Shown here: piece by piece, positions 8,883 to 17,074 of the stretch
Layout of the letters: each line of letters starts with the position of its first letter
Numbering within the stretch: the first letter of the stretch is position 1
Source of the DNA: a virus
Taxonomy: Duplodnaviria; Caudoviricetes
Length of the DNA: 31,741 bases
Strand: one strand, 5' to 3'
IMG/VR virus record: IMGVR_UViG_3300046779_000648
Location: 1-31,741 of that record
The notes under the pieces: model-generated
The model's database searches: none
Told to the model about the DNA's origin: nothing
The model's input: only the letters and a program-made list of their open reading frames with translations
Program-made: the position numbers and the translations under genes

Positions 8883-10353
8883 TGCCACCATCCTCAACTT
8901 GCGCTTCAACAGGCAGCTTAGATCCGAATGGCTCATATGCCATCGACAGGCCGAATTGCTTTGCCATTTCCTTGTCCCGTTCGATCTGGGCAAAGGTTTC
9001 CTCGGCATCGCGCCCATAAGTTGCCGCAATATCGGTGTGACTCAGAATGCCATTTTGCAGGCCCACAACGGCAGCGTTAATCTCCTTCAGCGGATCGACC
9101 CACTGGAAGCCGCGCGCGCGCCAAGAGATGCCAGCCGCGAATTTGTCGAACTTACCAGGCCCGTTGATCGGGATCAGCGCAAAGTCCATGACGTGACGCA
9201 TCCAGATCCTGAAAAGTTGGTCAATGAAGTGTTCGATGAAGAAGCGCTGTTGCGTCTTATAGAAATCCCGCTCCTCCAGTGCGCCCTGGCGAATGGATGA
9301 ATATGAAGTGCCTTCCAGGTCATTCGCCAGCGCCGTGTAACTCACACCAAGACCGCAAGCGATCCCGCGCAAAATTGCCTTTTCGAAGTCGGCAAATGCG
9401 GTGGTCGGATGGGTCGGATCGAATGGCTTGAAGTCAACGCCGTCTGGAAGCTGGTGGAATGTGCCAGGCTCCGCATCGTAAATTGGCGTAAACGTGTCTT
9501 CGAATCCGTCAGCGGTGAAGCCATCGCCAGCGGGCGAAGTGAAGAAGCCCATCTTGGACGCGCCAACGCGGGCGGCAGTCAATTCAGCTTCACGATAGCC
9601 GTGCAGCATCTTCAGCGCGGGCATTGCCGTCACAAGTTCAGGCACGCCGCGCGTTTGGTCAGCCCGTTCTTGAACATAGATATGGATAATCTGATCAGCC
9701 GGGATTCGCTCACGGAACACGCCAGTGGTCGTTGTCGTGTAATCATAGTCGCCGGGATTGTTGACCAGCACATGATAAGCGGAAACGCGACGTGTCTGGC
9801 TGTCCAGTTCAACGCCCATGCGGACCTGGTTGCCGTTCCGCAGCGTCTCATTCATCTGCTCATCAACGCGGTCAGGCTCAATGATCTGAACAGCAATGCC
9901 ATGCCGCAGGAACGGCCTGCGGACGATGTGCAGGAAAACTTCGCCATCACGCTTCACGCCACGCACAACAGCATTCGACAGATCCGCCATCGACATCTTG
10001 CCGTCCACAGTCGGACCGCCAAGACGGCAGAATTCTGCCCAGGCATTTTCAATGATGTTGTTCCCGGCCATATCAATGGTGCCATCGATATTGCGGCCCT
10101 TCAGTTGCAGGCGGAATCCACTTTCGCCAACGACATTCGTCTGCATAAGTTGCAGATAGCGGCGGGCATATTCATTGTTGCGCTCAAGATCGCGCGCACG
10201 ATTCCGAAGATCACGCAGAACCCAGCGGATTTCAGAATCAGCCGACTTGTTGCTGCCCTTGAAATCCATGTAAAGACGGCCCTTCGAAGCCGCCAGATAA
10301 TCGCGCTTGCCGCTCGCCTTTTTCTGGCGCTTGAAGAAGTCCATCAGTCCCAT
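8872..10353 (-). CDS. Portal protein, lambda type
   Basis: LRNRARDLERNN, RDGEVF, QTRGVP, SYSSIRQG.LE, WVDPLKE motifs. Confidence 0.95.
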   Translation of the reverse strand: MGLMDFFKRQKKASGKRDYLAASKGRLYMDFKGSNKSADSEIRWVLRDLRNRARDLERNNEYARRYLQLMQTNVVGESGFRLQLKGRNIDGTIDMAGNNIIENAWAEFCRLGGPTVDGKMSMADLSNAVVRGVKRDGEVFLHIVRRPFLRHGIAVQIIEPDRVDEQMNETLRNGNQVRMGVELDSQTRRVSAYHVLVNNPGDYDYTTTTTGVFRERIPADQIIHIYVQERADQTRGVPELVTAMPALKMLHGYREAELTAARVGASKMGFFTSPAGDGFTADGFEDTFTPIYDAEPGTFHQLPDGVDFKPFDPTHPTTAFADFEKAILRGIACGLGVSYTALANDLEGTSYSSIRQGALEERDFYKTQQRFFIEHFIDQLFRIWMRHVMDFALIPINGPGKFDKFAAGISWRARGFQWVDPLKEINAAVVGLQNGILSHTDIAATYGRDAEETFAQIERDKEMAKQFGLSMAYEPFGSKLPVEAQVEDGGNGV

Positions 10354-10940
10354 CAGAAGCGCACCTTTACCGTTGCTCCCGTTGATCTTCCACGCCGGGC
10401 GCGATCCTTGATCACTTCCTGCTGGAATTCGCGTTTGTATTGGTCGCGGGCTGTCATCAGTTCAGCGAAAGACATCTTCGTCAGTGAGCGGCCAGCGATA
10501 GAATAGCTGCCGACATCGCTGTCAGCCTTGCCCTGCAGGATAGATTCGATCTTCGCGATCATGATCTGGGCGTGCGTGCGCGGGTCTGCGCCGTTCACAT
10601 CCAGATCTGCGATGGCAGTGAAATCACCGCGATCAACGACAATGCGATTTCCTGTTGAAGTCTGGATAACTTCAAGCTGCCAATGGTAATACCCAGGCGT
10701 AAAATTTGCGCTGGTCGCGCTGTCGGCCGTGAAAAGATAAGTCCCGCCTGTTTCGGTCGATACAAGCAGAATTTCAGTATTGCCGCCGCCAGTGATGCGG
10801 GCAACATACTGCGCGCTGTAAGACGCCAGCGGATAGTCCTGCACAAGATCTGAACGCTTCCACTGGATGAAATCGCCAACGACGATTTCAAGCGGTTCGC
10901 CCTCTGGCGCGTTGGCAGCGTCGAAAAGGTTAGCCATCAC
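10353..10940 (-). CDS. Head completion protein (gpW-like C-terminus with an extra beta-rich N-terminal domain)
   Basis: YSIAGRSLTKMSFAEL...Y motif; between terminase and portal. Confidence 0.75.
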   Translation of the reverse strand: MMANLFDAANAPEGEPLEIVVGDFIQWKRSDLVQDYPLASYSAQYVARITGGGNTEILLVSTETGGTYLFTADSATSANFTPGYYHWQLEVIQTSTGNRIVVDRGDFTAIADLDVNGADPRTHAQIMIAKIESILQGKADSDVGSYSIAGRSLTKMSFAELMTARDQYKREFQQEVIKDRARRGRSTGATVKVRF

Positions 10941-12745
10941 TTGTATCCATGAACGAATCCGCTTCGCATAGGCATGGCAGGCCTGCGGGCTGGCCTGTCT
11001 TGCTTGTCGGATGATACATTATTTTGGGCCTGAGTGTAAACGGCCTCAAGATTTAGGTTAAGAATGGCGAAAGCAGCCGTCGCATAGACCCGGCAATCAA
11101 GTGCTTCGTTGCGCGTGCGGACTTTGGCCCATTCGGTCCTCGGTCTGCCCTTGAAATAGCGCGTCACCTTCTTTTCAGCCGTCAGCATCCTGAAATATTC
11201 TTCGCTGCGGCCAGCCGGGAAATGGCAATATCCATCGCCTTCGCTGGTGATCTTCAAACGCGCGTAAACCAGTTCTTTCGCAGTATCGACGCCGACCGGG
11301 AAAAGATTGATCTTCCCGATGTTGTTTTTAGTCGGCCTGCCGACAATCGGCTTTCCTTCACCGCCAACGCCCTTGATGGCGAAAACACGACGACCAGAAC
11401 GCAGGCGCGCATAATTATAGACTTGCTGCGTGTAATGACCTCCAGAATCCACGCAGACAGATCGGATCACCATTTCGCCGCGCGTTGGATGGTCGAATCT
11501 CTGCTGCAAAGTGACATCGAGTCGGTTCCACAGTTCCGAAGATGACGGGTCGCCATACATGGTTTCGTAAGCCAGCGACCAGCTTTCCTCACCGCGTCCC
11601 CAGCCGACGATTTCGATTTCCAGGCGGTCATCCTGAACGTCAACGCCGGCCGTGATCAGCAAAATGTCTTCCGGGATCTGTTCGCCCCAATTCTCGCAAC
11701 GCTCCATCAGGTCCATTTCATCGACCTGTTCGCCTTGCTCCTCCCAAGTCTCGCCCAGGAAGGTGTTGACGAATGTCTTTAGGCGCATTGGATCGCGCTT
11801 GCTGTTCATGAACTCAGCAACGGCCTCATAGAGCGGCGTCCAGGGGCTATACAGGCCATTCAGATGGAAGCCAGCCACCTTGCTAGTGCTTTCAGAGGTG
11901 GCCACCCAGCGGCCCTTTTTGATGGCCCGGAAGCGGGCTGCGTCATCCCATGCAGATCCGCAGTGTTCGCAGACATAGGACGCAGAATATGGATTTCCGT
12001 TTTCCCAATGAACTTGCGCCCATTTCAAAGCCTGTTCTTCGCCGCAGTCTTCGCATGGCACGAAATATTTGCGCTGGTCGCTTTCCAGATAGGCAGCTTC
12101 GATCCGGCTCGCACCCTTTTCCGTTGGTGTGCTGACAAGAATGATCTTCCGATTCCAGAAAGTGGTGGCGCGCTTCTTGGCCAGCGATACCGGGTCGCCC
12201 TCGCTGCCAGCGCTGACAGGATAACGGTCAACTTCGTCGCAAAGCACAACGCGGATCGGGCGGGATGCCAGGCCAGCTGGACTGTTCGCCCCGGCAATGC
12301 TCAGATGACCGCCTGTGAACACCTTATGCAGCATCGTGTTGCCGCTGTCTCTGGCGCGCGGGTCAGCGATCAGATCGGCCAGCGCTTCGCTGTCGCGCAG
12401 CATTGGCGCAAGCCGTTCCTGCGACCATGCTTTAGCCATTTCCAGCGTTGGCTGGACGATCAGCATGGGCGCTGGATCTTGATGGATGTGATACCCAACG
12501 ATGTTGTTGATGATTTCCGTCTTGCCGATCTGCGCCCCGGTCATAAACACGATCTGTTCAATGCGCGGATCGCTGATGGCATCCATCATCCCGCGCTGGT
12601 ATTCAGCCCGTGCTGTGATCCATCGACCAGGCTCCGCAGATGCCTCTGGCGAAAGCCTTCTGAATTCGTCGGCCCATTCGGAAATGCTTAGATCAGGTGG
12701 CGGCGCTGCCGTTGCTAGTGCTTTCTCCGCCAGCGTCTTCATCAT
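10937..12745 (-). CDS. Terminase large subunit (lambda GpA family)
   Basis: GAQIGKTE Walker A, VLCDEVDRY Walker B, STPT, GVDVQDDRLE, DSGG, NEALDCRVYA; start uncertain (12745/12742, ORF track 12808). Confidence 0.96.
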   Translation of the reverse strand: MMKTLAEKALATAAPPPDLSISEWADEFRRLSPEASAEPGRWITARAEYQRGMMDAISDPRIEQIVFMTGAQIGKTEIINNIVGYHIHQDPAPMLIVQPTLEMAKAWSQERLAPMLRDSEALADLIADPRARDSGNTMLHKVFTGGHLSIAGANSPAGLASRPIRVVLCDEVDRYPVSAGSEGDPVSLAKKRATTFWNRKIILVSTPTEKGASRIEAAYLESDQRKYFVPCEDCGEEQALKWAQVHWENGNPYSASYVCEHCGSAWDDAARFRAIKKGRWVATSESTSKVAGFHLNGLYSPWTPLYEAVAEFMNSKRDPMRLKTFVNTFLGETWEEQGEQVDEMDLMERCENWGEQIPEDILLITAGVDVQDDRLEIEIVGWGRGEESWSLAYETMYGDPSSSELWNRLDVTLQQRFDHPTRGEMVIRSVCVDSGGHYTQQVYNYARLRSGRRVFAIKGVGGEGKPIVGRPTKNNIGKINLFPVGVDTAKELVYARLKITSEGDGYCHFPAGRSEEYFRMLTAEKKVTRYFKGRPRTEWAKVRTRNEALDCRVYATAAFAILNLNLEAVYTQAQNNVSSDKQDRPARRPAMPMRSGFVHGYK

Positions 12746-13241
12746 CTGATGCGCGGATTGGATTAACAACTTCGACTCTGACGTTTGCGAGTTCTTCAAG
12801 CGCCTCATGAACCCTGTCCTTCAATACCTGTTTTGCCTCCGCCAGCGTTTGCGCGGCCTGTGCATCTGCCGCCGCGATGGTTGGGATCGATAGCATCTTA
12901 GCACGCATGTTCGCCACCACATCGCACCAAGCGCGTTCAACGTCATGCACCGGGATCAGCCTGTTGGCCATTTGCTCACGCTCCATTTCGGCCATGTCAG
13001 CCCGCGCCTTTGTCAGCCTGGCCCGATGGGTGGCATAATCATCACCGCCAGCCTGTGCATCGCCTTTGATGGCCCGCTTTCTCAGATAGTGGATATAACC
13101 GCGAACAACAGGGACCAATTCATATCGGCCCCTTTCTTTTCTCGGGATCACACCTTCGTTGACAAGCTGGGTCACACGCTGCGGCGTCAGATCCAGCAGC
13201 TTGCAGATAGTGTCGAGCGGGAAAGTGTTAGCGGAAGCCAT
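12693..13241 (-). CDS. Terminase small subunit (Nu1-like)
   Basis: N-terminal wHTH (LLDLTPQRVTQLVNEG), RARLTKARAD coiled coil; overlaps large subunit. Confidence 0.9.
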   Translation of the reverse strand: MASANTFPLDTICKLLDLTPQRVTQLVNEGVIPRKERGRYELVPVVRGYIHYLRKRAIKGDAQAGGDDYATHRARLTKARADMAEMEREQMANRLIPVHDVERAWCDVVANMRAKMLSIPTIAAADAQAAQTLAEAKQVLKDRVHEALEELANVRVEVVNPIRASDDEDAGGESTSNGSAAT

Positions 13242-14509
13242 TATGCGGCCTCGCGCTTCTGCTTCATCTGGTCGAATGTTTCGCCTGTTGCTTCAAGCGT
13301 TGCTTGCTGGCCCGTGAAGTCCTGCCAGCGCTTGACGATAACGTCGCAATATTTCGCGTCCAGTTCCATCATGCGGCAGTCGCGGGCGGTCTTTTCGCAG
13401 GCGATTAGGGTTGTTCCGGTCCCGCCAAAGCAATCAATCACAATGGCGTTCCGTGCCGTAAAATTGGAAATGATGTTCTCTGGAAGATAAACTGGAAATG
13501 TGGCTTTGTGTATTTCAGAATATTCATTGCCAGATGCGCTGTTGCCTTCGATTACATTCCAGTATGTGCCTTGGCTGAACTGCGGGCTGGCAAACTTCCG
13601 CTTGCCATCCCCAAAGCACAAAATGAACTCAACCAGATTATTTATAACGCCTTTCTGGATATGCGGCGCAACATTCTTCTTTTTCCAATAGATGACATCT
13701 TTGAACGCATCTCCAAACCTGTCCACAATCTTGAAAATGGTGCGCTTGTTATCCTGCACCAGCCCGATATTGTAGAAAACTTCATCAGCAGACGCCATCA
13801 TGCACGTCATGTTAGCAGCCAAGAAATCAAAAAACTCGGCTTCGGTTTGGTTGTCGTCAAACGAATTGTATTTTTTACCAGTGGTTTTTTTGCCTTTAAC
13901 ATTGAGTGACCCAGCATTGTATGGCGGCGAAGTAAAACAAATGTTTGCCTTGCGGCCCGCCATCAGCTTGTCCACCGCGTCAATGCTGGTGCTGTCTCCG
14001 CACATCAACCGATGCCGTCCAAGCAACCAGACATCGCCTTCAACTGTGACAGGCACCGCAGGCACTTCCGGCACTGCGTCTTCATCTGTCAGCCCGTCCT
14101 TCACGGCATCAGCCAGCAACTTTGACAATTCGTCATCATCAAAACCTGTCAGCGAAAGATCAAAGTCTTCGTCCCGCAGATTCCGCAATTCGTTGGCCAA
14201 CATCTCATCATCCCAGCCAGCATTCAGCGCCAGCTTGTTGTCTGCGATGACGTAAGCCCGTTTTTGCGCTTCGGTCAGATGCGACAACCGAAGGCAAGGC
14301 ACCTCTTTCATTCCGAGACGCTGCGCGGCCATCGTTCTGCCATGGCCAGCGATGATGACGCCATCAGCATCAATCAGGACGGGATTCGTGAACCCGAATT
14401 CCTTGATCGATCCCATGATTTGCTGCACTTGCGCGTCACTGTGCGTGCGCGAATTTCTGGCATAAGGCACAAGCGCCGATGTCTCGACGTATTCGATTTG
14501 TTGCTGCAT
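13241..14509 (-). CDS. ParB-like N-terminal domain fused to an N4-C/N6-A DNA methyltransferase (beta class)
   Basis: PYARNSRTHS, IIAGHGR, IADNKLA; FTSPPY (motif IV), HKATFP, DCFGGTGTT (motif I). Confidence 0.92.
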   Translation of the reverse strand: MQQQIEYVETSALVPYARNSRTHSDAQVQQIMGSIKEFGFTNPVLIDADGVIIAGHGRTMAAQRLGMKEVPCLRLSHLTEAQKRAYVIADNKLALNAGWDDEMLANELRNLRDEDFDLSLTGFDDDELSKLLADAVKDGLTDEDAVPEVPAVPVTVEGDVWLLGRHRLMCGDSTSIDAVDKLMAGRKANICFTSPPYNAGSLNVKGKKTTGKKYNSFDDNQTEAEFFDFLAANMTCMMASADEVFYNIGLVQDNKRTIFKIVDRFGDAFKDVIYWKKKNVAPHIQKGVINNLVEFILCFGDGKRKFASPQFSQGTYWNVIEGNSASGNEYSEIHKATFPVYLPENIISNFTARNAIVIDCFGGTGTTLIACEKTARDCRMMELDAKYCDVIVKRWQDFTGQQATLEATGETFDQMKQKREAA

Positions 14510-14551
14510 GGTCTGTCTCCTCTGGTTTTATTAAAGCGCTGTTTGTGGCGC

Positions 14552-14611
14552 TGTCACTAGAAAAAATTTGGGGCGCGAACTACCCGCATGCCGATCCTGC
14601 CGGGAGGACCC
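14552..14611 (-). other. Putative cos site (cosQ-like plus cosN-like)
   Basis: GGGTCCT (14611-14605), identical to lambda cosQ, followed by GCG-GGTAGTT-CGC and AAATTTTTT, in the non-coding gap upstream of the MTase/terminase genes. Confidence 0.65.
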
Positions 14612-14644
14612 GCGATGCCCCCATCCCGATGCTACCCGGCAGGC

Positions 14645-15415
14645 TCACCGCAGCCTGGCCGTTGCAAGCGCACGCTGAAGGCCAAGACGCATCTTTGCAG
14701 GCATCACGTTGGCAGCGGCACGACTCATCTTCGCTTCGAAGTCTGTCCGCTTCTGGTAGGTCGGGACCTTCTCAGAGAATGACAGCACTTTGCTGACTCG
14801 GCTTCCGCTCCGCCCTTTCCCGCCACCACCTGGCTGGGCTGCATAGACGCCAGGACCGCCACGACGCGCCAGCGGATGCGCCGGATCTGGCACAAAGTAT
14901 CGGATGGCCCGCGACTTCTTTCCGCTTTTTGTGCGCGGCTGATATGGCTTGTTCTGCGCGCTGTCACGTTGCACGCCAAGCTGGGATGACACGCGGTTGA
15001 TGAATGCCATGGTCATGTTCCCATATGCATCAATGGGCGTGTTGTCGGCTGGCACAATGGCATGGATCAGCCCGCGATATGCCAGACGCGTGATGAAGTT
15101 CTTTTCAAATCCTTTCAGCGGACGCGGCCCGCCTTTGTCCTGAACTTCCAGATAGTGCCGGCCAACGACCATCGACTTGCGCCGCAGCGCGCCCATCAGC
15201 GTGCGCTTGTTGCTATACTGGACATAGAATGCATTCAGCGTGAAATTGGTGGGCTTGTCGAAGGCCTGCTTCATCAAGGCGCGGTTATAGATCTCCAGGG
15301 TCTTCAGCGTCTCATTGATGGCAATCGATGTCGCGTATGGCATCTGGCTGTTGACCAGATTGTTGAGCTTGCGCTTCAACTGGTCTGTGTTCGCGGTCAG
15401 CTTAAATTCGATCAT
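14645..15415 (-). CDS. Basic virion-associated protein, probably gpZ-like tail completion/neck protein, 256 aa
   Basis: AGGAGG RBS before ATG 15415; Q.PYA...AIN.T, FDKPT.FTLNA, YL..Q..GG.R..K.FE motifs. Confidence 0.6.
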   Translation of the reverse strand: MIEFKLTANTDQLKRKLNNLVNSQMPYATSIAINETLKTLEIYNRALMKQAFDKPTNFTLNAFYVQYSNKRTLMGALRRKSMVVGRHYLEVQDKGGPRPLKGFEKNFITRLAYRGLIHAIVPADNTPIDAYGNMTMAFINRVSSQLGVQRDSAQNKPYQPRTKSGKKSRAIRYFVPDPAHPLARRGGPGVYAAQPGGGGKGRSGSRVSKVLSFSEKVPTYQKRTDFEAKMSRAAANVMPAKMRLGLQRALATARLR

Positions 15416-15442
15416 GGCTGATCCTCCTGCGCGCATCTTAAC

Positions 15443-15469
15443 AAAAAAAAGCCCAGCGCGAAGCCGGGC
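15443..15469 (-). terminator. Rho-independent terminator
   Basis: GCCCGGC-TTCGC-GCTGGGC followed by T8. Confidence 0.85.
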
Positions 15470-15505
15470 AGTTGGGCGGTCATGCAGACCAGGGAGATCC
15501 ACACT

Positions 15506-15724
15506 TTAGCGCTTGATCGCAAAATATGCAAACTGGCTTTCCTTGACCCGCTTGCAGAACAGCAGGCACTTTCCGTCCTGGTGCGCCTTGGCTGCATCTT
15601 TGCGATGTGGGCCGGCGCAGTGTTCCCCGATGTGATAGACGATCCTGTCGCCTTTCTGCGCGTTGCCCATGGCGATCCAGAACACGCCATGTCGCTGCTT
15701 CGTGATGTCGATTGATTCGGTCAT
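15506..15724 (-). CDS. Hypothetical protein, 72 aa
   Basis: ATG overlapping the upstream TGA; A..GDRIVYH.G motif. Confidence 0.7.
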   Translation of the reverse strand: MTESIDITKQRHGVFWIAMGNAQKGDRIVYHIGEHCAGPHRKDAAKAHQDGKCLLFCKRVKESQFAYFAIKR

Positions 15725-15924
15725 ATCCTGTCCTGATCCTTCCAGCCGCAATGATGGCAATGCCATTCAACGAATTCGCCCCGGTCGTGAATGCTCATGC
15801 ACCGATCTTTTGATTTCCTGCGCTCCGGGCTGCACAGCGGGCAGATGGTTCTGTTGCTTCCGTCAGGTGGCGGGATGATGCCGTTGAACATCAGTGCTTC
15901 CCGGATCTGATCGGTGACGATCAT
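15721..15924 (-). CDS. Stand-alone zinc-ribbon protein (primase zinc-binding-domain-like)
   Basis: CPLC...CHHCGW; ATGA overlaps at both ends. Confidence 0.75.
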   Translation of the reverse strand: MIVTDQIREALMFNGIIPPPDGSNRTICPLCSPERRKSKDRCMSIHDRGEFVEWHCHHCGWKDQDRI

Positions 15925-16508
15925 TCGATCACTCCGAAGTCAATGTCATCTTCCATGTTCTGCCCGCGATCCCGGATGGCACTGATCTGTGCTCCTGGGA
16001 AAGTGGTCTTGATCGCTTCGACCAGACCATTCCGCTTGGCGTGCAGCGCGATGGCCACCTCTCGCATCGTGAAGATCACAAGATTCGGCCGCTTCGCATA
16101 TGCAGACGGCCAGTGCCTGCCATCCTCGATGATTCCATAAATCTGGCCTTCGTATTCATATTCCCAGATTTGCGGATCTGAAATTGGCTGGCCGGAATTA
16201 AAAGCTTCTTCGTCCATTGCCTTTAATCCGCGCAGACATATTTCGACCCAGAATTTCACCTTGTCTGGATCTTCGGATTGGATGGCGTCATTTAATCCAG
16301 CCATCGCCTTGCCCCATTTTTTAGCGCTGTCTGGCGATACGATTTCAGGCAGTCGATCCACGCCCCATTTCTTTTCCATTTCGCGCACAGCCTGGTCAAA
16401 TGGTCCGAGGCACATGTCACACTTGATCTGCGCCGCCGTCGATGCCCCGTGCAGAACGCGGTCTTCCATCTTCTGTCGTGTCGGTCTTTTCGCCATCGTC
16501 CTTGCCAT
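15921..16508 (-). CDS. Hypothetical phage protein
   Basis: KWGVDRLPE.V and FPGA...DDIDF motifs; start likely 16508 or a nearby ATG. Confidence 0.7.
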   Translation of the reverse strand: MARTMAKRPTRQKMEDRVLHGASTAAQIKCDMCLGPFDQAVREMEKKWGVDRLPEIVSPDSAKKWGKAMAGLNDAIQSEDPDKVKFWVEICLRGLKAMDEEAFNSGQPISDPQIWEYEYEGQIYGIIEDGRHWPSAYAKRPNLVIFTMREVAIALHAKRNGLVEAIKTTFPGAQISAIRDRGQNMEDDIDFGVIE

Positions 16509-16512
16509 GATC

Positions 16513-16655
16513 TTCCCACCTTTCTCCCACCCAGAAGGCTCCCACTGATCCACCCCACCACCATGCTCTCCCTAAAGGGAGAGAGCAGGTGGTGGGAACG
16601 TGGATTTCTCCCACCTTTCCCACCTTTCCCCACCTGTGAAGTTGCAGGTGGGAAA
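16513..16655. repeat. CCCACC direct and inverted repeat cluster, putative replication origin
   Basis: TCCCACC at 16514, 16525, 16609, 16618; imperfect palindromes at 16554-16596 and 16625-16655; downstream of the primase-helicase. Confidence 0.7.
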
Positions 16656-16657
16656 CA

Positions 16658-17011
16658 TCATGCGGGAACATATACGAGGCTGTTTCTGCCCTTCTGGGTG
16701 TCTCTTTCGTATCCGACACTAAGCAATCCCATAGCGCATACAGCAGACAACATGCTGGTCATTTCTGACCTCCCAGCGGAAGTTGTAACAGAAAATCCAA
16801 TGGCATCAGACACAGCATAACCTGCCCAATCTTTGGCCTGCGCTGAAACTTTCCTTCTGTTATCCTTGATAACAGCGTGAGCAATTTTTATTGCAGTTTC
16901 ACTGTCAACAAGTGATCCAACGAGCTTGGACGATAGGTTAATCCTTTCCCTTTGCAGTGACTCAATTATCCTGTCCAAAGACTCAATGTGTTTTGCGATC
17001 AGGTCGTCCAT
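16658..17011 (-). CDS. 117-aa protein: coiled coil plus paralogue of the primase-helicase C-terminal domain
   Basis: GGAGG RBS; lower GC; shares S.Q...WAG...D..G...T...GRS...S.L...D..KGR pattern with the end of 17075..19396. Confidence 0.75.
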   Translation of the reverse strand: MDDLIAKHIESLDRIIESLQRERINLSSKLVGSLVDSETAIKIAHAVIKDNRRKVSAQAKDWAGYAVSDAIGFSVTTSAGRSEMTSMLSAVCAMGLLSVGYERDTQKGRNSLVYVPA

Positions 17012-17032
17012 GATGTCCTCCAGTTAAAATGA

Positions 17033-17069
17033 ACACCACCACCATCACCCCTTTTGGTGGTGGTGTCAA
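17033..17069 (-). promoter_or_regulatory. Perfect 12-bp inverted repeat overlapping a TTGACA promoter
   Basis: ACACCACCACCA-N10-TGGTGGTGGTGT (17033-17066); minus-strand TTGACA (17069-17064)-N17-GATGGT. Confidence 0.65.
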
Positions 17070-17074
17070 CTAAA

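Noticed and set aside
8883-9029. N-terminal extension of the capsid polyprotein to 9029
   Set aside because: Deep overlap with the portal gene; a start near 8882 fits the usual short overlap
9409-12691. Long plus-strand ORFs 9409..10506 and 11864..12691
   Set aside because: Antisense to portal and terminase; no recognisable domains or RBS
13241-14509. ParB domain as evidence of plasmid partitioning, or MTase as part of a restriction-modification system
   Set aside because: ParB-MTase fusions next to terminase genes are common in phages; no ParA or restriction endonuclease seen
16513-16655. CRISPR-like or mini-array interpretation
   Set aside because: Repeats are 6-10 bp, irregularly spaced and partly inverted; no spacers or cas genes
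16292-16820. ORFs crossing the CCCACC repeat cluster
   Set aside because: Low-complexity translations that overlap real genes; better explained as non-coding repeats
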